Positions 1 through 10,178 of a stretch of DNA of 64,000 nt are shown piece after piece. The notes below the pieces were generated by a model. That model saw only the letters and a program-made list of their open reading frames with translations, did not search any database and was not told the origin of the DNA. The DNA comes from Butyrivibrio sp. Lineage in GTDB: Bacteria; Bacillota; Clostridia; Lachnospirales; Lachnospiraceae. The stretch's first letter is position 1; every line of letters starts with the position of its first letter. Position numbers and translations under genes: made by a program. The DNA lies in the NCBI RefSeq assembly GCF_015056685.1, contig NZ_SVFW01000006.1, positions 44,522 through 108,521 of the forward strand. The letters run 5' to 3'.

Positions 1-890
1 TCAAGGCATATGCCAACGAAAATGGTGTTGATATTGTAGGAGACATCCCGATCTATGTGGCATTTGACAGCGCTGATACATGGGCTAATCCGGAACTTTT
101 CCAGCTTGATAAAGATAACGTTCCTACAGATGTTGCAGGATGCCCACCGGATGCATTCAGTGCAACAGGCCAGCTTTGGGGCAATCCTTTATACAGGTGG
201 GATTACCACAAGAAAACAGGCTACAAGTGGTGGATGAAGAGACTTGCCCACTGCTTTAAACTCTATGATGTCGTAAGAATTGACCACTTCAGAGGCTTTG
301 ATGAGTACTATGCAATTCCATATGGTAACCTGACAGCTGAGATCGGTGAGTGGAGAAAAGGCCCTGGAATCGAGCTTTTTGATGTCATGAAAAAGGAACT
401 TGGCCAGCAGAGAGTTATTGCAGAGGATCTTGGCTTTTTGACTCCTTCTGTAATAAAGCTTGTTAAAAAGACAGGCTTCCCCGGAATGAAGATCCTTGAA
501 TTTGCTTTCGATTCAAGAGAGGAGAGCGACTATCTTCCTCACAACTATACAAAGAACTGCATTGTTTATACAGGAACTCACGACAATGAAACCTGCAGAG
601 CCTGGTTCGATGCACTTCCAAGAAGCGACAAGAGATTTGCCAAGGAATATCTTGGAATCACATACTCAAAAGATGCAGTTAAAGCTATGATCAGATCGGC
701 TTTTGCCAGCGTATCTGACACAGCCATCATTCCAATGCAGGACTATCTGGAACTTGGTGCAGAGGCAAGGATCAATACTCCTTCAACACTCGGTGGCAAC
801 TGGGTATGGCGTATGAGAAAGGATGCTCTTTCAGATTCTCTTTGCAAGAGAATGTATGACTATGCTAGAATCTATGGAAGATTGAGATAA
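1..890 (+). CDS. malQ: 4-alpha-glucanotransferase (GH77 amylomaltase), N-terminus lies outside the window
   Basis: The frame is open from the window edge. Translation KAYANENGVDIVGDIPIYVAFDSADTW, RIDHFRGF and YTGTHDN are typical MalQ motifs. Stop at 888-890. Confidence 0.85.
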   Translation, partial: KAYANENGVDIVGDIPIYVAFDSADTWANPELFQLDKDNVPTDVAGCPPDAFSATGQLWGNPLYRWDYHKKTGYKWWMKRLAHCFKLYDVVRIDHFRGFDEYYAIPYGNLTAEIGEWRKGPGIELFDVMKKELGQQRVIAEDLGFLTPSVIKLVKKTGFPGMKILEFAFDSREESDYLPHNYTKNCIVYTGTHDNETCRAWFDALPRSDKRFAKEYLGITYSKDAVKAMIRSAFASVSDTAIIPMQDYLELGAEARINTPSTLGGNWVWRMRKDALSDSLCKRMYDYARIYGRLR

Positions 891-966
891 AGAAAAACAG
901 ATCCGATGGCGTGTGGAAAATCCATGCGGCATCGGACTTGTAGTTTCATAGAGGTAGGTGGAAGTT

Positions 967-1998
967 ATGTCGGATATTACAATAGTTGAGATTGCGAAAA
1001 GATGCGGCGTTGGTGTTAGCACTGTATCCAGAGCAATCAATGACCACTCTGATATCAATCCTGAAACCAAAAAAAGGATTCTTGAGGTAATAAAGGAAAC
1101 AGGCTATGTTCCCAATAACAGCGCAAGGAATTTGAAGCGAACAGATGCCAAATGCATTGCTGTTCTGGTAAAGGGAATTACCAATCCATTTTTTACCCCG
1201 ATGATACAAATAGCAGAACAGGAAGCGGAGAACCGCAAGTATGCTCTGGTCCTCAGACATGTTGAGGCATATGAGGATGAGCTGGATGTGGCTCTTGAGT
1301 TGGAAAAAGAAAAGAGGCTTCGCGGCATTATATTTATGGGAGGAAGTTCAAGACATTCTTCTTCCAAGATAAAACAGCTTAATGTGCCGGTTGTTTTTGC
1401 TACCATTGGTTCGGAAGTATCAGAAAAATTAAGTAAAAAAGAGTACTCGACAGTATCTGTGGATGATCTGCTTGAAAGCCGCAAGATGACTGAGTATCTG
1501 ATCGGACTTGGACATAAAAAGATCGCGATCTTATCTGAAGGTAGCGATAAGCCATCCATAGTAAAGCTTCGTCTTGAAGGATATATAGAGGCACTTAAGG
1601 AAAATGGCATAGAGATCAATGAAAATCTTATCCGTCTGGTTGATAAGAGAATCTATTCCATGGAAAACGGCTACCAGACCACTAAGGCTCTAATTGAGTC
1701 CGGTGAAGAGTTCTCGGCTCTTTATTGTATTTCAGACGTACTTGCTGTCGGAGCTCTAAGGGCTTTTGCAGATGCAGGTATAAGAGTGCCTGAGGATGTG
1801 AGCGTGGCTGGCTTTGACGGACAGGATATTGCAAGGTTCTGTGTGCCAAGACTTACAACAGTAAGGCAGCCACTTGAAGACATATCAAAGGCAACAATGA
1901 AGTTATTATTTGACATCATCGACGGTGAAAGTGGTCATCGCCACATTACATTCCCTTGCGAACTGATCGAGGGTGAATCAACCAGGAGGAAATCATGA
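967..1998 (+). CDS. LacI family transcriptional regulator
   Basis: N-terminal HTH ITIVEIAKRCGVGVSTVSRAIN followed by a periplasmic-binding-fold sugar-binding domain. ATG at 967 is preceded by AGGTGGA; the ORF track starts at GTG 958. Confidence 0.85.
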   Translation: MSDITIVEIAKRCGVGVSTVSRAINDHSDINPETKKRILEVIKETGYVPNNSARNLKRTDAKCIAVLVKGITNPFFTPMIQIAEQEAENRKYALVLRHVEAYEDELDVALELEKEKRLRGIIFMGGSSRHSSSKIKQLNVPVVFATIGSEVSEKLSKKEYSTVSVDDLLESRKMTEYLIGLGHKKIAILSEGSDKPSIVKLRLEGYIEALKENGIEINENLIRLVDKRIYSMENGYQTTKALIESGEEFSALYCISDVLAVGALRAFADAGIRVPEDVSVAGFDGQDIARFCVPRLTTVRQPLEDISKATMKLLFDIIDGESGHRHITFPCELIEGESTRRKS

Positions 1999-2546
1999 AC
2001 AAAACAGCGATTTTTTTAGCAAACGGGTTTGAAGAAATTGAGGCACTTACAGTTGTTGATCTTTTAAGAAGAGCTCAGATAGAGATCAGCACAGTTTCAA
2101 TCAGCGATTCTCTTGAGGTTACAGGATCACATAACATAACAGTAAAAGCTGATAAGTTATTTGGTGATGTGAACTTTGATGAAATCGACATGATCATTCT
2201 TCCGGGTGGAATGCCTGGCACAAACAATCTGTTTAACTGTGAACCATTAAGAGAAAAAATCACTGAGTTCAATAATTCCGGAAAGCTTCTCTCTGCAATA
2301 TGTGCTGCACCTACAGTCTATGGCAGAATGGGGCTTCTTGATGGCAAAAAAGCCTGCTGTTATCCGGGCTGCGAAGTGAATCTTAATGGCGCCGATGTAC
2401 AGACATCAGAAGTTACCGTTGATGATAACTTTATAACCAGCCGCGGAATGGGAACAGCAATTCCATTTGGTCTTGCTATCATCGAGAAATTCCAGGGCAA
2501 AAAAGCTGCAGATGAGATGGCAGCAAAAATAGTATATAAACAGTAA
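1995..2546 (+). CDS. DJ-1/PfpI (ThiJ) family protein
   Basis: 183 aa with LPGG and the nucleophile-elbow-like AICAAP motif. The start overlaps the LacI stop (ATGA), suggesting translational coupling. Confidence 0.8.
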   Translation: MNKTAIFLANGFEEIEALTVVDLLRRAQIEISTVSISDSLEVTGSHNITVKADKLFGDVNFDEIDMIILPGGMPGTNNLFNCEPLREKITEFNNSGKLLSAICAAPTVYGRMGLLDGKKACCYPGCEVNLNGADVQTSEVTVDDNFITSRGMGTAIPFGLAIIEKFQGKKAADEMAAKIVYKQ

Positions 2547-2595
2547 GTTCCAGGGAATGTTTCAGAAGACATTCCTGTCTATTGAGGAAAAATAT

Positions 2596-3153
2596 ATGGG
2601 AATAGAGATTGAACGTAAATTCACAGTAAAAGAGCTTCCCAAGGACTTAGACCGATACCCCTACCATGTTATTGAGCAGGGGTATCTTAATGTCCACCCG
2701 GCAGTTAGGGTGCGCAGGGAAGATGACATTTATTACATGACATATAAGGGATCTTCCATGGAAAATGAAGATCCATCGCAGGACGGCCAGAGCAGGCCAA
2801 TAGGTAAAGTAGAATATAACATGCCCCTTGATAAAGAATCTTATGATCATCTTGTGCTCAAGGCTGACGGCAATATGATAAGGAAAAAGAGATACCTTAT
2901 TCCGTTAAACAGCGATGGATTTGATGAAGCTTTTTTTGCGGGTGATCCTGATATAAAAAAAGCTGTAGAAGAGGGAAAGATCAAGATAGAACTGGATATT
3001 TTTGATGCGCCTTTTGAAGGGACTATTCTTGCGGAAGTTGAATTTCCAAGTGAAGAGGCAGCAAGAGCGTATAAGCCGGCAAAGTGGTTCTTTGAGGATG
3101 TTACCGGTGATGTGAAATATAGCAACTCTCACATGAGCTCAGTAAAATTGTGA
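2596..3153 (+). CDS. CYTH-domain protein (triphosphate tunnel metalloenzyme / CyaB-like)
   Basis: N-terminal EIERKF (ExExK) signature. The internal start MGIEIERKF was chosen over the upstream ATG at 2557. Confidence 0.7.
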   Translation: MGIEIERKFTVKELPKDLDRYPYHVIEQGYLNVHPAVRVRREDDIYYMTYKGSSMENEDPSQDGQSRPIGKVEYNMPLDKESYDHLVLKADGNMIRKKRYLIPLNSDGFDEAFFAGDPDIKKAVEEGKIKIELDIFDAPFEGTILAEVEFPSEEAARAYKPAKWFFEDVTGDVKYSNSHMSSVKL

Positions 3154-3209
3154 TTTGATGAGAATTGACTTTTTTAAGATAAATTGTTGTGGAAAAAAAT
3201 ATTCAGCTA

Positions 3210-3218
3210 TGTTATAAT
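3210..3218 (+). promoter_or_regulatory. Candidate extended -10 promoter element for tig (TGTTATAAT)
   Basis: TGnTATAAT match about 85 nt upstream of the tig start. No good -35 was seen. Confidence 0.35.
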
Positions 3219-3300
3219 CTACAAGCGATTGTGCCTAAAAGGCCAGAAGGGTTTAAAAACCCTTTATATAAACAATTTTTAGAAGGAGAATTTAGCAAAA

Positions 3301-4791
3301 ATGAGCGTAACAGTAGAGAAGCTTGAGAAGAGCATGGCTAAGCTTAAGATCGAAGTATCTGCAGAGCAGCTTGAGAAGGCTATCCAGAAGGCCTATGACA
3401 AGAACAAAAACAAGATTCAGATCCCAGGATTCCGTAAGGGTAAGGCTCCTCGTAAGATGATCGAGCAGATGTATGGCAAGGGAGTATTCTATGAGGATGC
3501 TGCTAACGAGCTTATCGAGGAAGAGTATCCTAAGGCTGTAGAGGAGTGTGGAGAAGAGGTTGTTTCTTCACCTAAGATTGATGTTGAGCAGCTTGAGGCT
3601 GGTAAGGATTTCATCTTTACAGCAGAAGTAGCTCTTAAGCCTCCGGTTAAGCTTGGTAAATATAAGGGTGTAGAGGCTGAGAAGATGGATCTCGAAGTAT
3701 CTGACAGCGATGTTGATGCTGAGATCGACAAGCAGAGAAATACAAACGCAAGAACAGTAGAAGTAACAGACAGAGCTGTTAAAGATGGCGATATCGTTAC
3801 TCTTGATTTCGAAGGATTTGTTGATGGAGTTGCATTCGAAGGTGGTAAGGGAACAGATTATCCTCTTACAATCGGTTCAGGTGCTTTCATTCCTGGATTC
3901 GAAGAGCAGCTTGTTGGATTTGAAATTGGTAAGGAAGGCGATGTTAACGTAACATTCCCTGAAGATTACCAGGCTGACAACCTTGCTGGCAAGGCTGCAA
4001 CATTCAAGTGCACAGTTAAGGCTATCAAAGCTAAAGAGCTTCCTGAGCTCAACGATGAGTTCGCTAGCGATGTATCTGATTTCGATACACTTGCTGAGTA
4101 CAAGGAAGATGTTAAGAAGAAACTCGTAGAGAGAAAGACAAACGAAGAGAAGGCTAAGAGAGAGGACGCTGTAGTTAAGGCTGTTATCGAAGATTCTGAG
4201 ATGGAACTTCCAGAAGCTATGGTTGAGACTCAGGCTAGACAGATTGTTAATGATTTTGCTCAGAGACTTCAGATGCAGGGCATGAGCATGGATCAGTACC
4301 TTCAGTATACAGGCAACACTGTAGACAAGATGATCGAGCAGGTTAAGCCACAGGCTATCGAAAGAATCCAGGCTAGACTTGTTCTTGAGGAAGTTGCTAA
4401 GGCTGAGAACATCACAGTTAGCGATGAGGACTTTGAAGAAGAACTCAAGAAGATGGCTGAGCAGTACAAGATGGAACTCGACAAGCTTAAAGAGCTTATG
4501 TCAGAGTCTGAGCAGAAGACAATGAGAAGTGACCTTGCTGTTCAGAAAGCTGCTGATTTCCTTGTAGAGAATGTTAAAGAAGTAGCTAAAAAGAAAGCTA
4601 CAAAGAAGGCTGACGATGCTGAAGAAAAGCCAGCAAAGAAGACAGCTGCAAAGAAGACTACAAAGAAAGCAGACGATGCTGAGGAAAAGCCTAAGAAGAC
4701 AGCTACAAAGAAAGCTGCTAAGAAGGATGACGACGCAGAAGAGAAGCCTAAGAAGACAACAAGAAAGAAAAAGACAGAAGAAGAGGCTTAA
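3301..4791 (+). CDS. tig: Trigger factor with an extra Lys-rich repetitive C-terminal tail
   Basis: MSVTVEKLEKSMAKLKIEV..., GFRKGKAP ribosome-binding motif and an FKBP-type PPIase core (GFIPGFEEQLVG). The tail is KKADDAEEKP(A/K)KKT repeated three times. Confidence 0.92.
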   Translation: MSVTVEKLEKSMAKLKIEVSAEQLEKAIQKAYDKNKNKIQIPGFRKGKAPRKMIEQMYGKGVFYEDAANELIEEEYPKAVEECGEEVVSSPKIDVEQLEAGKDFIFTAEVALKPPVKLGKYKGVEAEKMDLEVSDSDVDAEIDKQRNTNARTVEVTDRAVKDGDIVTLDFEGFVDGVAFEGGKGTDYPLTIGSGAFIPGFEEQLVGFEIGKEGDVNVTFPEDYQADNLAGKAATFKCTVKAIKAKELPELNDEFASDVSDFDTLAEYKEDVKKKLVERKTNEEKAKREDAVVKAVIEDSEMELPEAMVETQARQIVNDFAQRLQMQGMSMDQYLQYTGNTVDKMIEQVKPQAIERIQARLVLEEVAKAENITVSDEDFEEELKKMAEQYKMELDKLKELMSESEQKTMRSDLAVQKAADFLVENVKEVAKKKATKKADDAEEKPAKKTAAKKTTKKADDAEEKPKKTATKKAAKKDDDAEEKPKKTTRKKKTEEEA

Positions 4792-4842
4792 TTAACTCTG
4801 TATATTTAAGCACAACAATTTATAGAGATATAGATTATAAAG

Positions 4843-4888
4843 AGGATTCTTGCGCAAGCTAAATGCTTGCGCGAGAATCTTTTTTTCT
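4843..4888 (+). terminator. Rho-independent terminator of tig
   Basis: GATTCTTGCGCAAGC / GCTTGCGCGAGAATC stem followed by TTTTTTT. Confidence 0.8.
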
Positions 4889-4891
4889 TTG

Positions 4892-4955
4892 GAAGACAGA
4901 GGGACGGTTCTAATGACTTGTTTTTATAAGTCATTAGAACCGTCCCTCTGTCTTC
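4892..4955. repeat. REP-like long perfect hairpin (28-bp stem), member of a small dispersed repeat family
   Basis: GAAGACAGAGGGACGGTTCTAATGACTT gttttta TAAGTCATTAGAACCGTCCCTCTGTCTTC. The core GGGACGGTTCTAATGACTTA recurs at 62410-62449, 63687-63739 and 63742-63795. Confidence 0.8.
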
Positions 4956-5057
4956 TTGATGTAGCATTTTATAAAAATGTTAGATTTATAGTGTTAATTA
5001 ATATAGTGAAACGTACGATAAACAGATAAGTAATAGTCTTTTTATTAAGGGTGATTA

Positions 5058-8000
5058 ATGTTCATGACTATTAAATCAGTACTTAATAAAAGAATAGTTG
5101 CAATATCTATGTCATTTGTGTTGGCAGCATCTGTCATCAATTTGACATCTTTTGCCAAGCCCGAAAAAGATGATGCGAAAGTCATCAGTAGTTTTCTAGA
5201 ACTTCCTGAGGGTATCGCTACCCAGCATCTATCTGTGGGGGATCCTTTTGAAAAGATAATATTCCCGGATAATTTAATAGCATATGTGGTAAGTGAAGGT
5301 GGAGAAGCTTCGTCACTTCTATCTTCTGATGAGTCTGCAGTTTCACTTAGCGCTTCAAGTGGAGATTCGGCAGATGCTGCAGCAAGCAGTAGCAGTTCAC
5401 TAGACGAGGCAGATGCTGCTGCAAGCGCATCAACTGAAGAAGAGTCTTCCGATGCAGCAACAGCAGGAAGTATGGTCGATGCCAATACTGATAGTAGTGA
5501 AAGCGGCTCTTACAAAAAGGAAAATGCAAATGAAGGTGATTCCTCTGCCACAAATAATACTATAGATGGATCAGGTAGTGAGAAAGAAAAGGAAAGCGAA
5601 AACGGCACAGATAATGCGGGAAACAACGGCGAAAATAACAGCGATGGAAATGGAGAAGCAGAGGCTGCAAGTGAAGGGGCAAAAGGAACAGAGACTGGAA
5701 CAACGTCAGAAGATACTCCTGGTGGTAATAAGGATGGTGAAAACAGCAATTCTGTAAATGAGCAGGATGACGAAGATAGTGATTCTGCCAGTGACCAGGT
5801 GGCTGAAGATACTGACTCCGGAAACGGAGATGAGGAAGGCAATGGTAATTCTGAAAATGAAGATGTAGATTCTGATAATGATCATGATAATAGCTCAAAC
5901 AGTGAAGAAAACGATAATTCAGGCGATGCTTCAGGTGACAGCGCAAAGCTGACATTTTGGGAGAGACTGTTTGGAAGGATGACAGTTTATGCTGCTGAAG
6001 AAGATGATGATAAGACATCATCTTACATAGCACCCGGAGATTACAACGAAGACGATACGGAAGATGATATTGATAAAGAAGATGATGAGAGAACTCTTGA
6101 AGAAATCTCGATTTCAGTAATAGAGTGGAAGCTTGATGGCACTAAGAGTACTTCGGAGGATTTTAGTACTAAGGAACCCGGGGCGGTATTTGTTTACTTC
6201 CCTGTTATTTCTGATGAATACAGGATTGAGAGTGATTTTCCAACTATCACTGTATATGTGGATGAGAAAAAAGAAGATGAAGAAGCAGTTTCTTTTGAAC
6301 AGACAAGTATTATAAATGGCGTTTCAATAACTGTGAAGGCAGCCGAAGGAGTATTCCCGAAAGGTGCGCGCCTTATTGTAAGCGAAGTTTCTCAAAGTGA
6401 AGAGACGCAGATATTAGATGCTGTAGAAAAAGAAAGAACTGATGATGTAAATGTAGCTGCATCGTACTCTTTTGATATAAAGGTCGTTGATAAGGATGGA
6501 AATGAGCTGCAGCCTGATACTTCAAAGGGTGAAGTAAAGGTTAGCTTTTCTCTGGTGGAAGTGGCAAATGATAACCTTGATACAGGAGTTTATCATGTGG
6601 CAGATGAAGCGGGAGACCTTAATGCGTCAAAGCTTGATGCAGAAACTAGTGGAAATGAAGTTACTGTAGAGACCGACGGCTTTTCTTTTTACACTGTTGA
6701 GTTCACCTATGGGAAGATCGAATACTCAATTGAAGGCGGCGGAAGGGTATTTCTTTCAGAAATCCTTGATGCAGTGGGACTTAAAGGAACTGCCACAGAT
6801 GCAAGGTCAAGCAATGAGGACCTGGTCAGTGTAAAAAGAGATGACGAAGGCGAGATATATCTTGTTTCCAACAGGGAGTTTCATTCGGATGAAAAGCTTG
6901 AAGTGGATATTAGCGGCATAACCTATGAGATTCTTATGACCGATGCGGCTGTTACTGCAAGTGGTGGTACTTTAGTATATGACGATGATTTTAATAAGTC
7001 TGCAAGTGATCTGGTAAAAGAGATTCTTGGTGGCGGAATAGCTGCAACTAACGAATCAAGAACGGGAACAGTATATACATTTTCAAATGGACTTGCGGAT
7101 GTAGGAATAGATGCAGGAATTATTCTTGATACAAGCGGAAAGATTGCTGGTGGAACTGATGCGCAGCTTAATTCAATTAAAGACTCTGCTTATAGCTATG
7201 GCGGACATACGTCCACCTTGGAGTTTTCACTGGTTGCAAATGGGCCTCTTTTGACATTTAATTATGCTTTCGCTTCAGGAGAGTTTAATCAGCCACCAAA
7301 ATATAATGATATATTTGGACTCTTTGTAAGTGTCAATGGTGGAGCATATGATAATATTGCGCTTATAACAAGGACAAATGGAAGCCAGGTTCCTGTCACC
7401 ATAAATAACTTAAGAGCCGGTGTTGACGGCACTGAGATGAGTGGTGGTACCAGTACTACTTTAGGAGGACTTCACAGTCTTTTTACAGAAAAGCAAATAC
7501 AAATTAATGGCGGTAGTATTAATGGAGTTTCTAATGTTTTTACAGCCCAAAAACAGGTTAATATTGGAGATACAGTAAAGATCAAGCTTGCAATCTGTGA
7601 TATATCAGATACTGCTGTTAATTCGTATATTTTTATTGAAGCAGGCTCTCTTTCTTTCCATGCCCCTGAGTCTGAAATTGGATATATTGATGAAGAGCTT
7701 AATAACCTTGATCCATCGTCACTTTTTGAAATAACAACTGATGATGGAACAGTTCTTAGTATTACTTCATCAGGAAGCGGAACAATACCACTTATAGGTA
7801 CTGATGACAACGGAACACCTTATAACATTATTGATACTGCTGTAGCTATAGTAAAAAAAGGTACCGGTGGATACGGAGATTCACCTCCACAGCTGCTGGC
7901 TATTCCTCCAAGGCCAATAGCTGAAGATATAGATCCAAGTGGCGGAGGGATATCTGCTGATCCTGAGACGGTTTCAGTTATTTTCCCAGCTCCTGATCCT

Positions 8001-10178
8001 ACGAAACCTTCACAGAAATACAGGCTTTATGATAAAGATGGCAATGAGATCCCGGGAAGAGACTGGGTGGATGCGCCAACGGATGGGACTCCTTTGACAT
8101 TTGGAGGACTTGATGAAGATACTGATTATATTATAAAGACCTGGATTCCGGCTACAGAAAGTAATTTCAAATCCGAAATTTCTGAAGGTACAACGGTACA
8201 TACAAGACTAAACCCTGTGGATCTTTTACGTATCATTGTTACTGAACCTGATAAAAAGACCATAGTCGCAGACGGCGAGTATCATTCATTTGTTTGTACT
8301 TCTGACCCGGCTGATGCGATCCTCAGATATTCAATTGGTGATGATAAGCATTACGGGTACTCTACGCCTATTTTTAAGGACGTTGGTCAGTATACAGTCT
8401 ACTATCAGGCGGCCAAGGTTGGCTATGTGACTGAATATGGAAGCATGATAATAACCATATTGCCACCTGAAAAAGAGACAATTGTGGATCTTGAAAATGA
8501 GGATGTGGAAAGCTCAATTTCCTCTGTAAAGGCTGATAAACTCTCGGATTATACGGATGAGCAGACAGGAGATAAGGTCAGAGTAAGGCTTTTGGTAACT
8601 CCTAAAAAACCTGAAGATATTGATAGTGGCATTGTAAATAGCGTCACTTCCAAGATAGAAAGCCTTTATGACAGCTCAAATCTTGATAATGTGAAAAAAG
8701 AGTTTTTGGATATTGGAGTAACAAGGCGAATCAATGATGAAGATCCTGAGAATATCCATGACCTTGACAGGACAATAGAGATTGAAGTCGGCTTTGATAT
8801 GACTGATAAGGAAGACTTTAAACTTGTCAGAGAACACGATGGAGAAGTCCTTGCCTTTGCTTCACTTTCAGACAGGCCAACAGATGACTATGTTGATGGC
8901 ACTGTATATTTTGGTGAAAATGTGATCTGCATCTATTCAAGGTACTTTTCTACATATGTTCTTTCATATGTAGTTCCTGTGGAAGTAGTTCCGGAGCCGG
9001 AACCAGAGCCTGAACCAGAACCACAGCCTGAGCCAACGCCAACTCCTACACCGGAGCCACAGCCTGAGCCTAAGCCAGAGCCTAAACCGGAACCAAAGCC
9101 TGCACCAGCGCCAACTCCGGAGCCTACACCTGATCCGGAAGTAAAACATGAGGAAGTGGTTTATACTCCGGCCCTAGTGGAAGTGCCAGCGCCTCCTGTG
9201 ATCATAACTCCGGGAAGAGCTCCCAAGACCAGTGGATTTTATGTTGGAAAGTTTACAGGAGTGTGGATTCTTATCCTTGAGGCAATTATTACAGTTTTCC
9301 TTGCAGGCATATATATTTACATAGGTGAAAAGAAAAAGGACAAGCTGTGGTATAAAGACGGCTGGAAGTCAATATGCCGCGTGGGACTTTTGATAATGGC
9401 TGTTTCTTTTATCCTTATATTCAGGCTTAACCAGGACTATATAAAGTCTAAGGCTATGTACGATGAAGTAAAGAATGAATATGTCACTACTTCATCAGGA
9501 AACGCCGGTAAGATGACAGTTACAAGCGCGGCTGTAAGTAAGACTGTAGCAGAGTCTTTTGGCTATGCGGATGAGCAGGTGCTTGTGACGAGTGCGTCAA
9601 ATGACTGGTGGAATCTTGCTCAGGTCAACGTAAAAGAAATGAGCAAAGACTATGTGGATGTCGTTGGATGGATAATGTTTGAAAACGAGGATATAAGCTA
9701 TCCTATAGTTTATAGCGGCGATAATACGACTTATCTTGAGACTGCATACAATGGAGAGTGGGCCAATGCCGGAGCGATATTTGTAGATGGTCTTTCAACA
9801 CCTGATTTTAACGATCCCAATACTCTGATCTATGGCCATAATATGGGTAATCTTACCATGTTTGGTAAACTCAAATTCTATGAGAATGACAAAGAGTATT
9901 ATGACGAGCACAAATTCTTCCAGATATTTACGAAGGACAAGGTTTACCGCTATCAGATATTTGCCTGCAAACTGATCTCTGACGATCACGAGATCTATTA
10001 TGCATATGGAAAGGATCCAAGGCATTACTGGAGTGCACTCAGTGATATCATCAAGAATGCAGATGTTGAATCAAGTGTTGCGCCTCAGAGCCTTGACCAT
10101 ATAGTTACGCTCTCTACCTGTACTTACGATGACTCCATGAGACTTGTTATATGTGCGGCAAGAGTTGATGAGCACTAA
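5058..10178 (+). CDS. Giant (1706 aa) secreted surface protein fused in frame to a C-terminal class B sortase domain
   Basis: Signal peptide, a ~250-aa acidic S/D/E/N/G low-complexity region, beta-rich repeats, a PEPEPEP..PKPEPKP linker, then a sorting-signal-like segment, a second TM helix and a sortase B domain (YGHNM, TLSTC, R). Confidence 0.85.
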   Translation: MFMTIKSVLNKRIVAISMSFVLAASVINLTSFAKPEKDDAKVISSFLELPEGIATQHLSVGDPFEKIIFPDNLIAYVVSEGGEASSLLSSDESAVSLSASSGDSADAAASSSSSLDEADAAASASTEEESSDAATAGSMVDANTDSSESGSYKKENANEGDSSATNNTIDGSGSEKEKESENGTDNAGNNGENNSDGNGEAEAASEGAKGTETGTTSEDTPGGNKDGENSNSVNEQDDEDSDSASDQVAEDTDSGNGDEEGNGNSENEDVDSDNDHDNSSNSEENDNSGDASGDSAKLTFWERLFGRMTVYAAEEDDDKTSSYIAPGDYNEDDTEDDIDKEDDERTLEEISISVIEWKLDGTKSTSEDFSTKEPGAVFVYFPVISDEYRIESDFPTITVYVDEKKEDEEAVSFEQTSIINGVSITVKAAEGVFPKGARLIVSEVSQSEETQILDAVEKERTDDVNVAASYSFDIKVVDKDGNELQPDTSKGEVKVSFSLVEVANDNLDTGVYHVADEAGDLNASKLDAETSGNEVTVETDGFSFYTVEFTYGKIEYSIEGGGRVFLSEILDAVGLKGTATDARSSNEDLVSVKRDDEGEIYLVSNREFHSDEKLEVDISGITYEILMTDAAVTASGGTLVYDDDFNKSASDLVKEILGGGIAATNESRTGTVYTFSNGLADVGIDAGIILDTSGKIAGGTDAQLNSIKDSAYSYGGHTSTLEFSLVANGPLLTFNYAFASGEFNQPPKYNDIFGLFVSVNGGAYDNIALITRTNGSQVPVTINNLRAGVDGTEMSGGTSTTLGGLHSLFTEKQIQINGGSINGVSNVFTAQKQVNIGDTVKIKLAICDISDTAVNSYIFIEAGSLSFHAPESEIGYIDEELNNLDPSSLFEITTDDGTVLSITSSGSGTIPLIGTDDNGTPYNIIDTAVAIVKKGTGGYGDSPPQLLAIPPRPIAEDIDPSGGGISADPETVSVIFPAPDPTKPSQKYRLYDKDGNEIPGRDWVDAPTDGTPLTFGGLDEDTDYIIKTWIPATESNFKSEISEGTTVHTRLNPVDLLRIIVTEPDKKTIVADGEYHSFVCTSDPADAILRYSIGDDKHYGYSTPIFKDVGQYTVYYQAAKVGYVTEYGSMIITILPPEKETIVDLENEDVESSISSVKADKLSDYTDEQTGDKVRVRLLVTPKKPEDIDSGIVNSVTSKIESLYDSSNLDNVKKEFLDIGVTRRINDEDPENIHDLDRTIEIEVGFDMTDKEDFKLVREHDGEVLAFASLSDRPTDDYVDGTVYFGENVICIYSRYFSTYVLSYVVPVEVVPEPEPEPEPEPQPEPTPTPTPEPQPEPKPEPKPEPKPAPAPTPEPTPDPEVKHEEVVYTPALVEVPAPPVIITPGRAPKTSGFYVGKFTGVWILILEAIITVFLAGIYIYIGEKKKDKLWYKDGWKSICRVGLLIMAVSFILIFRLNQDYIKSKAMYDEVKNEYVTTSSGNAGKMTVTSAAVSKTVAESFGYADEQVLVTSASNDWWNLAQVNVKEMSKDYVDVVGWIMFENEDISYPIVYSGDNTTYLETAYNGEWANAGAIFVDGLSTPDFNDPNTLIYGHNMGNLTMFGKLKFYENDKEYYDEHKFFQIFTKDKVYRYQIFACKLISDDHEIYYAYGKDPRHYWSALSDIIKNADVESSVAPQSLDHIVTLSTCTYDDSMRLVICAARVDEH
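9219..9345 (+). other. Internal cell-wall-sorting-signal-like segment (APKTSG, hydrophobic helix, KKKDK)
   Basis: Translation [43 protein letters not shown] has the tripartite layout of a sortase substrate C-terminus, but it sits inside the ORF. Confidence 0.55.
9606..10175 (+). other. Class B sortase catalytic domain of the 5058-10178 ORF
   Basis: [26 protein letters not shown] (His, codons around 9831-9845), IVTLSTC (Cys codon 10119-10121), downstream Arg residues. Confidence 0.8.

Noticed and set aside
5045-5485. Long antisense or alternative-frame ORFs inside low-complexity or repetitive genes (for example 5045-5485, 5510-6033, 12365-12973, 23444-24007, 24433-25195, 30559-31047, 34010-34463, 46505-46886, 47226-47708).
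   Set aside because: They overlap much longer ORFs that have recognisable signal peptides or domains. They translate to serine/leucine/cysteine-rich nonsense typical of the reverse frames of GA-rich repeats, and they lack ribosome-binding sites.
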